A stretch of 62,974 nucleotides of DNA, filler included, from Octopus bimaculoides (GCF_001194135.2; 6 parts of 6 records of this genome joined end to end with filler, not necessarily neighbours in it); one strand, 5' to 3'; shown: positions 34,699 to 47,879, numbered from the whole stretch's first letter. A program made the numbers and translations. Notes: a model not told the origin generated them from the sequence alone.

Positions 34699-36751
34699 AT
34701 CATCATCATCATCATCATCATCGTCTAACGTCCACTTTCCATGCTAGCATGGGTTGGACGATTTGACTGAGGACTGGCAAGCCAGAAGGCTGCACCAGGC
34801 TCCAATCTGATCTGGCAGAGTTTCTACAGCTGGATGCCCTTCCTAACGCCAACCACTCTGAGAGTGTAGTGGGTGCTTTTACGTGCCACTGGCACAAGGG
34901 CCAGTCACACAGTACTAGCAACAGCCACGCTCAAAAGGTGTTTTTTATGTGCCACCTGCATGGGAGCCAGTCCAGCGGCACTGGCAACGACCTCGCTGGT
35001 AATGATTACGCTCTAATGGTGCTATTTACAGGCCACTAGCACGGAAGCCAGACAGCTGCTGTGGCAATGAACACGCCCAACAGTGCTGTTAGTGCTTCAC
35101 TGGTGCAGGTGCCAGTCATCAAATATGGTTCAATTATGATTTCGATTTCACTTGCCCCAACAGGTCTTTGCAAGCAGAGTTTAGTGTCCAAAGAAGGAGA
35201 GGTTGACATGGGTGCCAGTCGTCGGATTTGGTTCGATTTTGATTTCCGATTTCAAATTCACTTGCCTCAACATGTCTTCACAAGGAGAGTTTTTAGTGTC
35301 CAATGAAATAAAGATACGAATAAGTGAGCTGGTTGCACTTCCGGCAGAGGTCACAGATTATGTTCTCACTTGCCTTGCCGGGTCTTCTCATCTACTGCAT
35401 ATTTCCAAAGGTCCTGGTCACTAGTCATTGCCTTGGTGAAGCCTAAAGTTTGAAGGTTGTGCTTCACCACCTCATCCCAGGTCTTCCTGGGTCTACCTCT
35501 TCCACAGGTTCCCTCAACTGCTAGGGTGTAGCACTTTTTCACGCAGCTATCCTCATCCATTCTTGCTACATGTCCATACCAGCGCAATCGTCTCTCTTGC
35601 ACACCACAAATGATGCTTCTTAGGTCTAACTTTTCTCTCAAGGTACTTACACTCTGTCGAGTATGCACACTGACATTACTCATCCATCGGAGCATACTGG
35701 CTTCATTCCTTGCGAGCTTATGCATGTCCTCAGCAGTCACGGTCCATGTTTCACTGCCATGTAGCATGGCTGTTCGTATACANNNNNNNNNNNNNNNNNN
35801 NNNNNNNNNNNNNNNNNNNNNNNNNNNNNNNNNNNNNNNNNNNNNNNNNNNNNNNNNNNNNNNNNNNNNNNNNNNNNNNNNNNNNNNNNNNNNNNNNNNN
35901 NNNNNNNNNNNNNNNNNNNNNNNNNNNNNNNNNNNNNNNNNNNNNNNNNNNNNNNNNNNNNNNNNNNNNNNNNNNNNNNNNNNNNNNNNNNNNNNNNNNN
36001 NNNNNNNNNNNNNNNNNNNNNNNNNNNNNNNNNNNNNNNNNNNNNNNNNNNNNNNNNNNNNNNNNNNNNNNNNNNNNNNNNNNNNNNNNNNNNNNNNNNN
36101 NNNNNNNNNNNNNNNNNNNNNNNNNNNNNNNNNNNNNNNNNNNNNNNNNNNNGAGCAGGGCCATCTACCTGAAGGGGTTTGTGTTTTGTCTACCTTTCTA
36201 CTTATTAGGACTTTGGTTTTAGCTAGGTTGACTCTAAGGCCCTTCGATTCTAGTCCTTGCCTCCACACCTGAAACTTCTTCTCTAGTTCTGATAGTGACT
36301 CAGCAATTAGCGCAAGGTCATCAGCATAGAGGAGCTCTCAGGGGCATCCTATCTTGAATTCCTGTGTTATTGCCTGGAGGACTATGATAAATAGGAGGGG
36401 ACTGATGACTGAACCTTGGTGGACCCCTACTTCTACCCGGAATTCTTCACTGTACTCGTTGCTAACCTTACTGACAGCGTCTCTGTACATGGCTCACATA
36501 GCTCTCACTAATCATTCTTCTATCTGAATAAACAACCGATCAGAAAGAGGTCTCACATATGATTTCAAAACTAGCTCTCACTAACCATTCTTCTATCCCT
36601 AATTTCCTCATTGACCACCAGATAAGGGAGCGGGGACCCTGTCAAAGGCTTTCTCCATGTCAATGAAAGCCAGGTACAGAGGTTCATCTTTGGCTAGGTA
36701 TTTCTCCTGCAGTTGTCTTACCAGAAATATAACATTGATTCCAGTGCACCC
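34698..36751 (-). mobile_element. RTE-clade LINE, 3' portion (RT to 3' UTR, (GAT)n tail), gap-interrupted
   Basis: Minus-strand VRQLQEKYLAKDEPLYLAFIDMEKAFDRVP, YADDLA, GLRVNLAKTKV, MLHGSETW and GRGRPRKTW motifs; stop at ~35366; tail (CAT)n on the + strand at 34698-34722. Confidence 0.92.
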
Positions 36752-37144
36752 NNNNNNNNNNNNNNNNNNNNNNNNNNNNNNNNNNNNNNNNNNNNNNNNN
36801 NNNNNNNNNNNNNNNNNNNNNNNNNNNNNNNNNNNNNNNNNNNNNNNNNNNNNNNNNNNNNNNNNNNNNNNNNNNNNNNNNNNNNNNNNNNNNNNNNNNN
36901 NNNNNNNNNNNNNNNNNNNNNNNNNNNNNNNNNNNNNNNNNNNNNNNNNNNNNNNNNNNNNNNNNNNNNNNNNNNNNNNNNNNNNNNNNNNNNNNNNNNN
37001 NNNNNNNNNNNNNNNNNNNNNNNNNNNNNNNNNNNNNNNNNNNNNNNNNNNNNNNNNNNNNNNNNNNNNNNNNNNNNNNNNNNNNNNNNNNNNNNNNNNN
37101 NNNNNNNNNNNNNNNNNNNNNNNNNNNNNNNNNNNNNNNNNNNN

Positions 37145-37193
37145 AGCCTTGTGAGTGGATTTGGTAAACGGAAACTGAAAGAAGCCCGTTGTA

Positions 37194-37238
<45 letters not shown>

Positions 37239-37454
37239 TTGTGTGTCTGTGTTTGTCCCCTCACCATCGCTTGACAACCGATGCTGGTGTGTTTACGTCC
37301 CCGTAACTTAGCGGTTCGGCAAAAGAGACCGATAGAATAAGTACTAGGCTTACAAAGAAAAAGTCCTGGGGTCGATTTGTTCGACTAAAGGTGGTGCTCC
37401 AGCATGGCCGCAGTCAAATGACTGAAACAAGTAAAAGAGTAAAGAGTAAAAGAG
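37145..37454 (+). mobile_element. SINE family A copy (5' end lost in gap)
   Basis: GCCTTGTGAGTGGATTTGGTA...GACTGAAACAAGTAAAAGAGTAAAGAG. Confidence 0.88.
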
Positions 37455-37480
37455 TGTATATAGATATCTATCTATATATA

Positions 37481-40400
37481 ACTTCCTTTATTAGCCACAC
37501 AAGTCCAAACACAGAGGGGACAAATACAATGTAGAGCTTTTCTTTTCGAGGTTGGGCAAAAAGAGAAAAAAGAAAAAAATAGGGACAATGATGAAAAGGG
37601 ATGAATATCATTTAGGACGTACAAAAAAATCGCCATAATGTCAATATAAAAAACAAAATTCCCAAAAGTGGGGAGGTTCTTCTGTGGAAAGAAAAACCTA
37701 AGAAAAGACCATAGTAACCTCAGGCAATAATGTTATACAAAAACACATTTACAGTAAGTTACTATCTTTTTTCCTTTCTTTTTCTGGTTCATAGGATTAT
37801 GCTCAAGGTGGCTCTGTCATTCACACATGCCATCCTTGCTACATTCACCCATCTTTTATTGAAACATTCACTAGATAAAACTTCCCTCTCTACTCTCACC
37901 TTTCTTTTCAAGTGATACTTGAAGAAGTTGATGAGAGATTGACCAGAGAGGAAAGTGTTTGTCTCTAGGCCTTTCAGACGTGTCCACCATACATATTCTT
38001 TTACCATAGTTAACAAGTATGATGAAAATGGCTCTTCTTTCCAGTTTGAAGGAAGGAGACATGACAATATTGATGATAGACTCGGCTGATAAACCAACTC
38101 GTCCCACATGTGACAGGAGTCGTTCGACATAAGCCCACAGGTCGGAAATGGTTGGACACTGCACGAGTGCATGCAGGTCAGCCCAGTGTTTCTGAAGCCA
38201 TGCCTGTAGAGCTTACCCTGAACGGGTAGCGCTTCTCGGTAGCACTGCCAGGCCAGGGATCTCTGGAAGTTGTCCACAAGTCCCGGCCCGAAAGTTGTCT
38301 TGAACAGGTGGGTCAGGTATTCCCCATCGATGCCCAGGTTCTCCCCGAGATTGTCGTTCTACCTCCCCTCTACTAATCTGTTATAGAATGCTTTCGTGGT
38401 GATGCAGTCACTCAAGGTCGACCAGGGACGACATAGTTGCTTGAGAGCAAAGCGACACTCGCTGTGCCATTCGCCCTTCCTCAGCCTCTTTTTAATCCAT
38501 GACTGCAGTTCGGTCATGGAGACAAGTTGTGGAAAAGCGCGCCTCACAAATGGCAACCACACCTGTTTACCATTGTCTACGTAGAGCCAGAGATGTCGCA
38601 GTTTCAGCACGTGTCTGTGCATCATTAACCACAGCATGCCAGCCCTCATACCTTTGTTGGTAGCAAATGTATCGCCTGACCATCAGAACGCTTCCTTTCT
38701 GCAAGAAGCAAAGAGGATGCGTACCAGTTTGGTGATGGTAGGGTGGGAACAAAGCACGACAGTCAGGCAGTAGTAGATGATGTATGTGTTCGCCACCTCC
38801 GTCTGACCTTTGCAGGACAGCTTCCTCTCGGCCCATTGCCGGGTGAGATTGGCCACCCTACTCGTTATTTTGTCCCAGTTCTTCTCCATTTGGAGGTCCA
38901 GACCAAACCAGACCCCGAGCAACTTGACCGGACCGTTGGTCCTGCGTCCCACGATGGAGGTGCTGCAGGACGGTATGGGCTTGCTTCTCCAGGTGCCGAG
39001 CCACAAGCCCACTGGCTTTTCCTGGTTAATTTTCACTCCTGTTACCGCTTCGTAGTCTTTCAGTGTCTCGCTGACCAGCTTGATGCGGTCGTGGCTAGAC
39101 ACTATGACAGTGATGTCGTCCACGTATGTGGACACACTCGTCCTGCATCCCAATTCTCGCAGGATGCCCCTCTGCTTTGCCAGCTACTGCAGTAGTGGCT
39201 CAGGAGTGATGAAAGGAGGCATCCCTGACGGACCGAACATGCAATGTCGAATGGTGTCAACAGATGCCCATTCACGCGAATTACCGAATGGATGCCTTTG
39301 TATAAGGGAGCAATCCAGCTCCGGAAAACGGTACTGAAACCGGCCACTGAGGACAGCATCCAAGTATCCATGGTCTACCCTATTGAAAGCTTTGGTTTGA
39401 TCCAAATTGATCAGTGCCCTACCCATGCCAGGTTCCTCATGCGCTATATCATAGACACGGAAATTAAGGAACCTGGCATGGGTAGGGCACTGATCAATTT
39501 GGATCAAACCAAAGCTTTCGATAGGGTAGACCATCGATACTTGGATGCTGTCCTCATAATGGCTGGTTTGTGCCTCTTGCACAGCTCCAACATCTTCATT
39601 TCTTAGAGCATGCATCCTAGCCCTGGCAACGCACCCTTCGTGTATGCCGTTGAAGTGTTGGCCGAGAGCCAACCTCGCCGCCAATACACTGGATGCGATG
39701 CCACTTCTAGTTTCTTAACTAGGTCACCCTCTATTTTGTTTCTATCTATTGCTAGCGCTTTGCTATACCTAATTGATTCGGCTTTTATTGAGATCTTGAG
39801 GCCAACCACCACTTGTTATTGATGATAGCTCCCTTCATGGCCCTCTTCACTAGCATGCTAATCTGGTCTCTGAAAACCTGTCTTGACGGGAAAGACGCGA
39901 TCAGTTTCCAGTAACTGGAACCCTACCTATGTGCCTTATCTAAGTCTAGCGTACATGTCACAAGTGTGATCCATGTAGCTGATTATGTGGAATTGTGGAC
40001 ACCCACTATCTCTATCTACTGTCCTACACAGTATTCTATTTAGATACGATCTTGACAACCCAATGTGGTTGCTCCATGTCCACGGTGCGTTCGAGTGGTT
40101 GAATCAGAACCTGTCAGATAGTTGAAAGCATCTGAGCAGGTTTTTGAGGCATTTGCAACTATTACTATCTCTGCTCACATAGTCTAGATGTGTGTCCAAG
40201 GTAGCATTCCAGTCCCCCACTAAAAGTAAAGGACAAGACGTTCCTAGGAATACTTCTAGATGTCGAAAGAAATCTGACAGACCTGTTAAAGGCAGTGCAT
40301 AGACTGATATGAGTTGAAAAGCACACAGATTGCTACTGTCAACATCCAGGACAACCAATCTACCTTCCGGGTCTACGAATATTGTCTTTACTATGAGATC

Positions 40401-41850
40401 CAGACTCTAGTAAAAAACTACTGCTGTGCCACTACTGCCCATTCTCAGCAGACATGGAAAAAAATAAATGTTAAACTGTCCGCCAAACATGGACTCTAGG
40501 GCCCGTGGATTATGGAGTCTAGTCTCACTTATGGCTATGACTTCTAAATTGTGTAACTTTATGTAATTTAAGAGGTGCCCTTGTTTCCAAGGGCACCTCA
40601 AGCCATACGCATTCACACAACCAATCTTGATCATAATCCTAATGAGGTGTGTGTTTTAAAATACTAACGAAAGGAACTTTGAAAGTTTTCGTGTCTCCTC
40701 CTTCGGTTTTTCCTTGAGGAGTTCACAATAAAATTTTTTGAAGAGTACTTCTGACATTTTTCAACTGCATCGAGGTACATGGATTTTAGTGTGTAGTGCA
40801 GGGTTGGTGTGATGTTGGTGTTGTGTATGGGTGGTTGCTTGTTTTTATGTTTTCATGAGTTAAGTTTGTTTTTGTGTTGATGTATTCCATCAACTCTGTA
40901 TTTCTCGTATTTATGGCTGTAAGCATCGTCACTGCATGTGTTTTTGTGGTGTTGGTGTTGTTTGTGCTAGTGTTCAAAATGTTTTCAGGAGTTGTGCATC
41001 TCCCTGCTTTGTTTGCGTTTGGTTTTGATCTTTTCTTGCTCCTCTTCCTCCTTCCTTTTCTGGTTATTTGCCATTCCTCACTACTTTCGTCTTCTGACAA
41101 AATTTCTGAGGATTCGGAAGGCGGATAAGGGCATATTGTAAGTGTTTATGTGTGTTTGTGTAAGTGGTTGTGTTGTTGTTTTCGTTGATGTTGGTTGTTG
41201 ATTGTTTGTGTGTGGTGTATATGATATAGAAGGGGAATCAATTTTTGTATTTTCTTAGTTTTTCTGTTTCTTTAGTTCTTGCTGTTGGTGTTTTTCCTAG
41301 TGCTGTTGTTTTCTCAATTGTTGGTGTTGGTGGGTTTGGTTGGTGTATTTCTTTTGTTGTACTCCCTTTATTGTTTATCTTCTGTGTCGATGGTGGTGTG
41401 GGTAGTAGAGCATTTTCCAGATTTTTCTTGTTGTAGTGGTGGTTGTTGTTGTTGTTCTTGTTGTTTTGTGGCAGTTGGACACTTGCTTTTTAAATGCGTT
41501 TCACTGTTGCACAGATAACAGCGGGGCCTCCTACTTTCTACCACTACATATAGTTTGTGGCCATCAGTTAGCTCGATGGAATTTGGAATTTTGTTGATGG
41601 ATTCCTGATCGATTTGTAACAGCATTTCGATCGCTTTACCCATCCAATTTTGCTGTTCTAATACAGAAATTTCCAGTATGTTGCTCTCCTCCATTTCACA
41701 ACAGATGGCAGATGTTAGCCATTGTGTCTCTATTTCTGGAGGCACATTTTTTATTATGACTTTAGTCACTCTTTGGCCTAGATAAGTTGGTATCATCACT
41801 AACTCATTGCAAAGCATTTAGAGTGCAGTAAAAACATACAGAATTGGCCC
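37481..41850 (-). mobile_element. Near-full-length, inactivated Tx1/L1-clade non-LTR retrotransposon (ORF1 zinc knuckle; ORF2 APE endonuclease, RT, C-terminal zinc knuckle)
   Basis: ORF1 41368-41817 contains CYLCNSETHLKSKC (CX2CX4HX4C). APE motifs KIGCVNAYGL, ISETRL and VGDWNA at 40.1-40.6 kb; RT motifs LDQTKAF.RVDH, VRQGC.LS and YVDDIT; AATAAA at the 3' end (37487-37492) next to (TA)n. Many frameshifts. Confidence 0.92.
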
Positions 41851-42355
41851 CTAGAGCAGTGCAAGAATGTTATTTCCTTGGAAGAGTCATCGATTACCTT
41901 ATTTCCAACCACCGGCCGAGTATACATGTGGAGACAGTCAAAACAAGCATAAAGGAGGATCTGTAATGATCGGTGGGNNNNNNNNNNGGGGGGCTATATC
42001 TTGGAAATCTGCCAGCCCAATGGTTTCCCTCCATGGCAGAATTAATAGTCAAGACTATTTAAGCATTTTATCTGATCAAATTCATCCTGTGGTTGCAGAA
42101 CTGTTTCTGGAGGGAAACACAATCTTTCAGGATGATAATGCACCAATCCACACAGCTAAAGTTGTTACTGAATGGTGTGAGGAACATTCTAGTGAAGTTG
42201 AACATATCTGGCAACCACAGTCTCCAGATCTCAATATTATTGAACATTTATGGTGCATTTTAGAAAAACAAGCAAGGAGTTGATATCCTCCACCATCATC
42301 ACTACAAAAACTGGAGACTGTTTCAGCTGAAGAATGGACAAAAATTCCTTTGGAA
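41851..42355 (+). mobile_element. Tc1-family transposase catalytic-domain fragment
   Basis: KH.GGSVMIGG-ISW, FQDDNAPIHTAK and SPDLNIIEHLW motifs. I count 35 residues between the second D and the E in this copy. Confidence 0.9.
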
Positions 42356-42385
42356 NNNNNNNNNNNNNNNNNNNNNNNNNNNNNN

Positions 42386-42624
42386 GGTTGTCAAGTGATG
42401 TTGGAGGGACAAACACAGACACACAAACATACACACACACATACATATATATACATATATACGACGGGCTTCTTTCAGTTTCCATCTACCAAATCCACTC
42501 ACAAGGCTTTGGTCGGCCCGAGGCTATAGCAGAAGACACTTGCCCAAGATGCCACACAATGGGACTGAACCCGGAACCATGTGGTTGGTAAGCAAGCTAC
42601 TTACCACACAGCCACTCCTGCGCC
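42386..42624 (-). mobile_element. SINE family A copy (3' part lost in gap)
   Basis: Reverse complement of the family A head and body, ending ...CACACAGCCACTCCTGCGCC. Confidence 0.88.
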
Positions 42625-42734
42625 TACATATATACGTATATATCTATGTATATATATCTATATATCTATGTATGTATGTATGTATGTATGTATGTATCTA
42701 TCTATCATATCTATCTATCTATCTATATATATGT

Positions 42735-42915
42735 ATATATATAGTGAGAATTTACAAAAAGACGAAGACGGGTGTGTAAACAACAAACAGATGTATTAGT
42801 TTAACGCTTGGGAAGTGAGAGTCTTTTACATTTCAAGCCTACGCTCTTTGACAGAAAGGAACACAGAAATAAACAGGGAGAGAAAATAAAAAAGGTCTAG
42901 TGGCTAGCGATCTAT
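42735..42915 (-). repeat. Penelope-type short repeat carrying a hammerhead-like motif (family 2)
   Basis: Homologous to 62090-62240 (GAAGACGGGTG..AACAACAA...GTATTAG...CTTTTAC.TTTC.AGCCTACG.TCTT.GACAGAAAGG). The Penelope assignment is inferred from the hammerhead motif. Confidence 0.6.
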
Positions 42916-42974
42916 CATGGCGATATCTATCTATCTATCTATCTATCTATGTATATATATATATACATATATAT

Positions 42975-45900
42975 ACATCATGATCATCATTGTTTAACGT
43001 CCGTTTTCCATGCTGGCATGGGTTGGATGGTTCGACTGGGGTCTGGGAAGCCAAGAGGCTGCACCAGGCCCCAATCTGATCTGGTAGTGTTTCTACAGCT
43101 GGATGCCCTTCCTAACGCCAACCACTCCGAGAGTGTAGTGGGTACTTTTTACGTGCCACCGGCATGGGAGCCGGTCAAAGCGGCATTGGCATTGGCCACG
43201 TTTGGATGGTGGTTTTAACGTGCTACCGGCACGGGGGTCACAACTACAATTTTCATTTGATTTGATTTCGATATTGCTGTTGACGTACTTGACTCAATTG
43301 GTCTCCTCAAGCACACCATGTCGCCCTACAATCCAAGGTACTTTGGAGTGGGCTGGTTATGCGACACTGGTGTGGAATCACTTTATTTGCAGGGTCTCCT
43401 CAGTCACAGCATACCTCCAGAGGTTTCGGTCATTTGTCATTGCTTCTGTGAGGCCCAACGTTTGATGGTCATGCTTCACCACCTCATCCCATGTCTTCCT
43501 GGGTCTCCCTCTACCCCGGATTCCTTCCACTGTTTGGGAGTGGCACTTCTTCACACAGCTCTCCTCGTTCATCCACAGTACATGACCATACCAACACAAA
43601 CGTCTCTCTTGCACGCTACATCCGATGCTTCTTATGTCTAACATTTCTCTCAGGGCACTTACACTCTGTCGTATGTGCACACTGACATTACACATCCAGT
43701 GGATCATGCTAGCTTCATTTCTTTTGAGCCTACGCATGTCTTCAGCAGTCATGGCCCATGTTTCACTGCCGTGAAGCATGGCAGTTCGCCCACATGCATC
43801 ATACAATCTACCTTTCATTCTGTGCGAGAGGCCCTTTGTCATCAGTTGGGGCAGAAGCTTTCTGAACTTTGCCCAGGTTATTCTTATTCTAGTGGCAATG
43901 CTCTCAGAGTATCCACTCCCACTACAGACTTGGTCACCTAGGTAGCAGAAGCTATAAACTAGTTTCTCCTCCCAGGCATGTGATGGAATCTGTTTTCTGA
44001 ACATCTTCGGTGTTTATTGCCTTTGTGCATCTGCTGCACACAAAAACTATCATCCTGGTTAACCTTCCTTTGATGATGCTGCACCTCTTATGTGTCCATA
44101 GCTTTCACTGGGTACATCTTATTGAGTTTCTACCTACACTTTTTCTACAGATCAAGCAGGGTCACCTATATAAGGGTGTGTGTGATGTGTTCGCCTCCCT
44201 ACTTACTAGAGCTTTGGTCTTTGCAACATTGACTCTAAGGGCCTTCGATTCTAAACCTTGCTTCCACACTTGAAGTTTCTTCTCTAGTTCTGGTAGTGAT
44301 TCTGCTATGAGGGCCAGGTCATCAGCATAGAGGAGCACCCAGGGGCAACCTGTCTTGAATTCCTCTGTTATTGCCTGGAGGACTTTTACGAATAAGAAGG
44401 GGTTGAGGGCTGATCCTTGGTGGACCTCTACCTCTACCAGGAATTCTTCACTATACTCATTTCCAATCCTAACCCTACTAACGGCATGTCTGTATAGGGC
44501 CTGTACAGCCCTTATTAACCATTCGTCAATCCCCAGTTTCTGCATTGACCACCAGATTAGGTATCAAGGGACACTGTCAAAGGCTTTCTCCCTGTCAACA
44601 AAAGCCAAGTATAGGGGTTTATCTTTGGCTAGGTATTTCTCCTGCAGTTGCTGTACCAGGAATATAGCATTGGTGGTGTTTCTACCAGGCACAAAACCGA
44701 ACTGCATCTCATCTAAGCAGACACTCTCCCTAATTATTTGGGCTATGACCCTCTCCATGACCTTCATCATCTGATCTAGCAGTTTGATACCCCTGTAGTT
44801 AATTCTATCTAAAGCATCACCTTTGCCTTTGTAGCAGTTGACTATGGTGCTGCTATGCCAGTCATTGGGTATGACTCCATCATGAACTACCTGGTTTACA
44901 ATATGGGTGACTTAGGCTATAGCCCACACCACCAGATGTTTTAAGCATTTCAGTGATTCCTGGTGGGCCGGGGGCTTTTCCTGGCTTCATATCCTTAATT
45001 GCTTTATCTACCAAGGTGCTGTCTATTTGGATAGCTGGTCCCTCTGCTGGATCAACATTTGGCAGGCTCTCCTCCTCCCATTCATTCTCCACATTCGGCA
45101 GTCTTTCATAATGGCTTCTCCAAGCCTCTTTCTTTTCTGAATCATTAAAAGCAAATGCACCATCATCTGTGCGGAAACATTTCTCTCCTGTGACATCACA
45201 ATTTTCTCTCACACACTGTCTTGCAATCCGGAATACTTCAATTCTTTGGTTTCAATGTTGTTGGACATTGGCAAACTTGTTTTTTTCTGCTTTGCCCTTG
45301 ACTAGATATACCTGTTGCTCAGCCTCCCTTTTGGCTTTCTGGTATGGTTCCCTGCTACCCCCACCCTTCCAGGCTTTCTAGGCCTGTTTCTTTGCTCTGA
45401 TGTCTTTATCTACTGCATTATTCTACCACCACATTACTCTAGGTCTGGAAGGGACTTTGCATCATCTGCAGACTTGGTCTGTGGCACTCAGTAAGCTGTC
45501 CCGTCAGAATTTCCAGTTACCTTCTATGTCCAAGGACTGTAGCTCATCCTCCCTCTCACCAAATTTCTTGATAAGGATGTCCCTAAATCTCTGACCATGT
45601 GAAGGGTTCTTTAGCTTCCAAATTCTTCTCTTTTGGATTGGTCTGCTTCTTGGCATCCTTCTGGTCTCGAGTTGAAAGTCACTAATGACTAGTCTATGCT
45701 GGGGGNNNNNNNNNNNNNNNNNNNNNNNGGGGGGGGGGGGTGCATTCCTCACCTAGGAGGGTCTCTGTATTTAAGAGCAACCCTACGTCCTGCTGTCTGG
45801 TGAAGATGAAATCAATCTGGCTAGTAGAGTCACCTGATTGATAGGTTATCAGGTGGCTGTAGATTAAAAGGTTACATGTATCACAGAACTCCAGTAGCTT

Positions 45901-46060
45901 AGTTTCCTCATCTTTCTGGGAACCAATACCATGGCCCCCATGTACACCAGTGAAGATACCGGATTTCCGCCCAACATGCCCATTAAAATCACCAGCTGCA
46001 AAGATGAGGTCACTGCCATTTGTCCTTGAGGTAGCGTGTAGAAGGGTATCATAAAAATGG
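42975..46060 (-). mobile_element. RTE-clade LINE, long copy (endonuclease remnant, RT, 3' UTR, (GAT)n-like tail)
   Basis: Minus-strand QHRLVISDF, KPGKAPGP, QFGFVPGRNTTNAIF, EKAFD, HQGSAL.P.LF, LLYADDLAL, YLGD and GRGRPRKTW motifs across ORFs 43378-45752, with frameshifts. Confidence 0.93.
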
Positions 46061-46199
46061 TCCTTCTGATATATATATATATATATATNNNNNNNNNNNN
46101 NNNNNNNNNNNNNNNNNNNNNNNNNNNNNNNNTTAATTAATTAANNNNNNNNNNNNNNNNNNNNNNNNNNNNNNNNNNNNNNNNNNNNGCAACTCCATT

Positions 46200-46611
46200 T
46201 AATTGAACAATGCAATCATTACATCAATTTTAAAATGCAGAGCAATCCTCGGCTGCACAAAGACATGGAATTTAATTAAATTAGAACAGATGGACACATT
46301 AGTATAATTACACCTGAAATCTCCAAGAAGTTAAGGAGATAGACAAAGAACATGTTGCCTCTACTACAGCATAGAAGTTCCTGTCTTGTTTTCTTTTCCG
46401 TTTGTTTTCCTGTCTTGTTTTCTGTCCACCACTACATTCCTCAATCGTACAAATTTAATTTCTGTATACAAATTTAATTTGTGGTCCGTGGGAAGAGCCA
46501 TTTTAACAATGCGTTCTGCTCTAACTCTTCGAAATGCCTGTGTTAGAATGGGGGCAGCTGATGAAGGAAAATGTTCTCTATGTGGCCTGTGTGTTTTCTG
46601 TACTCTGGTTA

Positions 46612-46659
<48 letters not shown>

Positions 46660-46990
46660 TATTATGCAAAACATAATTTAGATTCAGTTGAATAAGGTAC
46701 TTAAATTGAGGTACCTTGTTAGAACGAACTAATCTGCACACTCGGACAATATCAGGTGAATCTCAAACACTATGGAGAATTCCCCACCTGATATTCTTGT
46801 AGTGTATGAAGATAACACGTCCTAACTTAGTGGACAAATCCGCTCTTGTTTGTTCAGACATGTACTTTATATAAATCAACTGGATGTCTTATAAAACTAT
46901 TCCGCACATGCAATAACAGCCATACCAACAATCCAACACACCTCTATCATCAGCTACTCCACGGATATAGTATGGAAAGATACTTTCCAT
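46200..46990. repeat. Probable degenerate Penelope-type/unknown interspersed repeat
   Basis: Non-microsatellite, repeat-like sequence with stem-loops (GAAGAG...CTCTTCGAAA at ~46491-46533; AATATCAGGT...ACCTGATATT at ~46748-46795) and CTGATGA at ~46558. Family not confirmed. Confidence 0.3.
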
Positions 46991-47095
46991 AAAACTTCCA
47001 AAGTGCAGATTCCAGGGTAGGTGAGTAAAATATGAGTAACAATGACGTATAAGTGTCCATAATGAACTGACACTTATATATCTTTGTTACTCATT

Positions 47096-47160
<65 letters not shown>

Positions 47161-47175
47161 ATGCATGCATTCATA

Positions 47176-47339
47176 CAGAGCCGGCTCAAGGTACCAACAA
47201 CTCAGAGAGTTGACCTGGGCACCATGTGCTCGGGGCCACGGAGGAGGGCGTGACAAAGACAAAAGAATTTTCACGACGGTCAGCTTGTACACACCAAAGT
47301 TCAGCTTGCTCGGTGCCAGCAACCCTATGGCCAGCCGTG
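47176..47339. mobile_element. Possible hAT-like MITE (~165 bp)
   Basis: Imperfect terminal inverted repeats CAGAGCCGGCTCAAGG ... CCTATGGCCAGCCGTG; GC-rich island in microsatellite DNA; no clean 8-bp TSD seen. Confidence 0.35.
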
Positions 47340-47879
47340 CATGAATGAATGCATGCATGCATGCAGGTATGTATGTATGAATGTGTGAACGCGTGTGTAT
47401 GTATATAATAAAATGTGTAAAAGCTTGGGCGGGCTTAAAAGTCATATAAGGGCATCACATGGCAACAATCATGAATCATTTCAATCTTCTTGGCAATGGC
47501 TTTTCTCGTGTAACGAGGATACAACTGTGTGATGTATGTACACACACACGTACACACATTAATCACAGAGAGAAAGTTGTTATTAATTAATAAGTAAATT
47601 TAATCAAATTAATCATGTTCAGAGTGGTTTCATGTTCAGAGTGGTTTCAACTACTTTCAGAAAGACAACCAAAATATACATACCGTGTGTGTATGTGTGC
47701 ATATATGTATGTATGTATGTATGTATGTATATATATATGTATGTATGTATGTATGTACGTATGTATATATACACACACAAATACGCACATAATATATGCA
47801 ATTATACATACCTTAGTTGTTTAGCTTTAGTTTTAGCTGGATGCTTGCTTGAGTTGTTTGTTTGAAAAGTGCGCACGTG

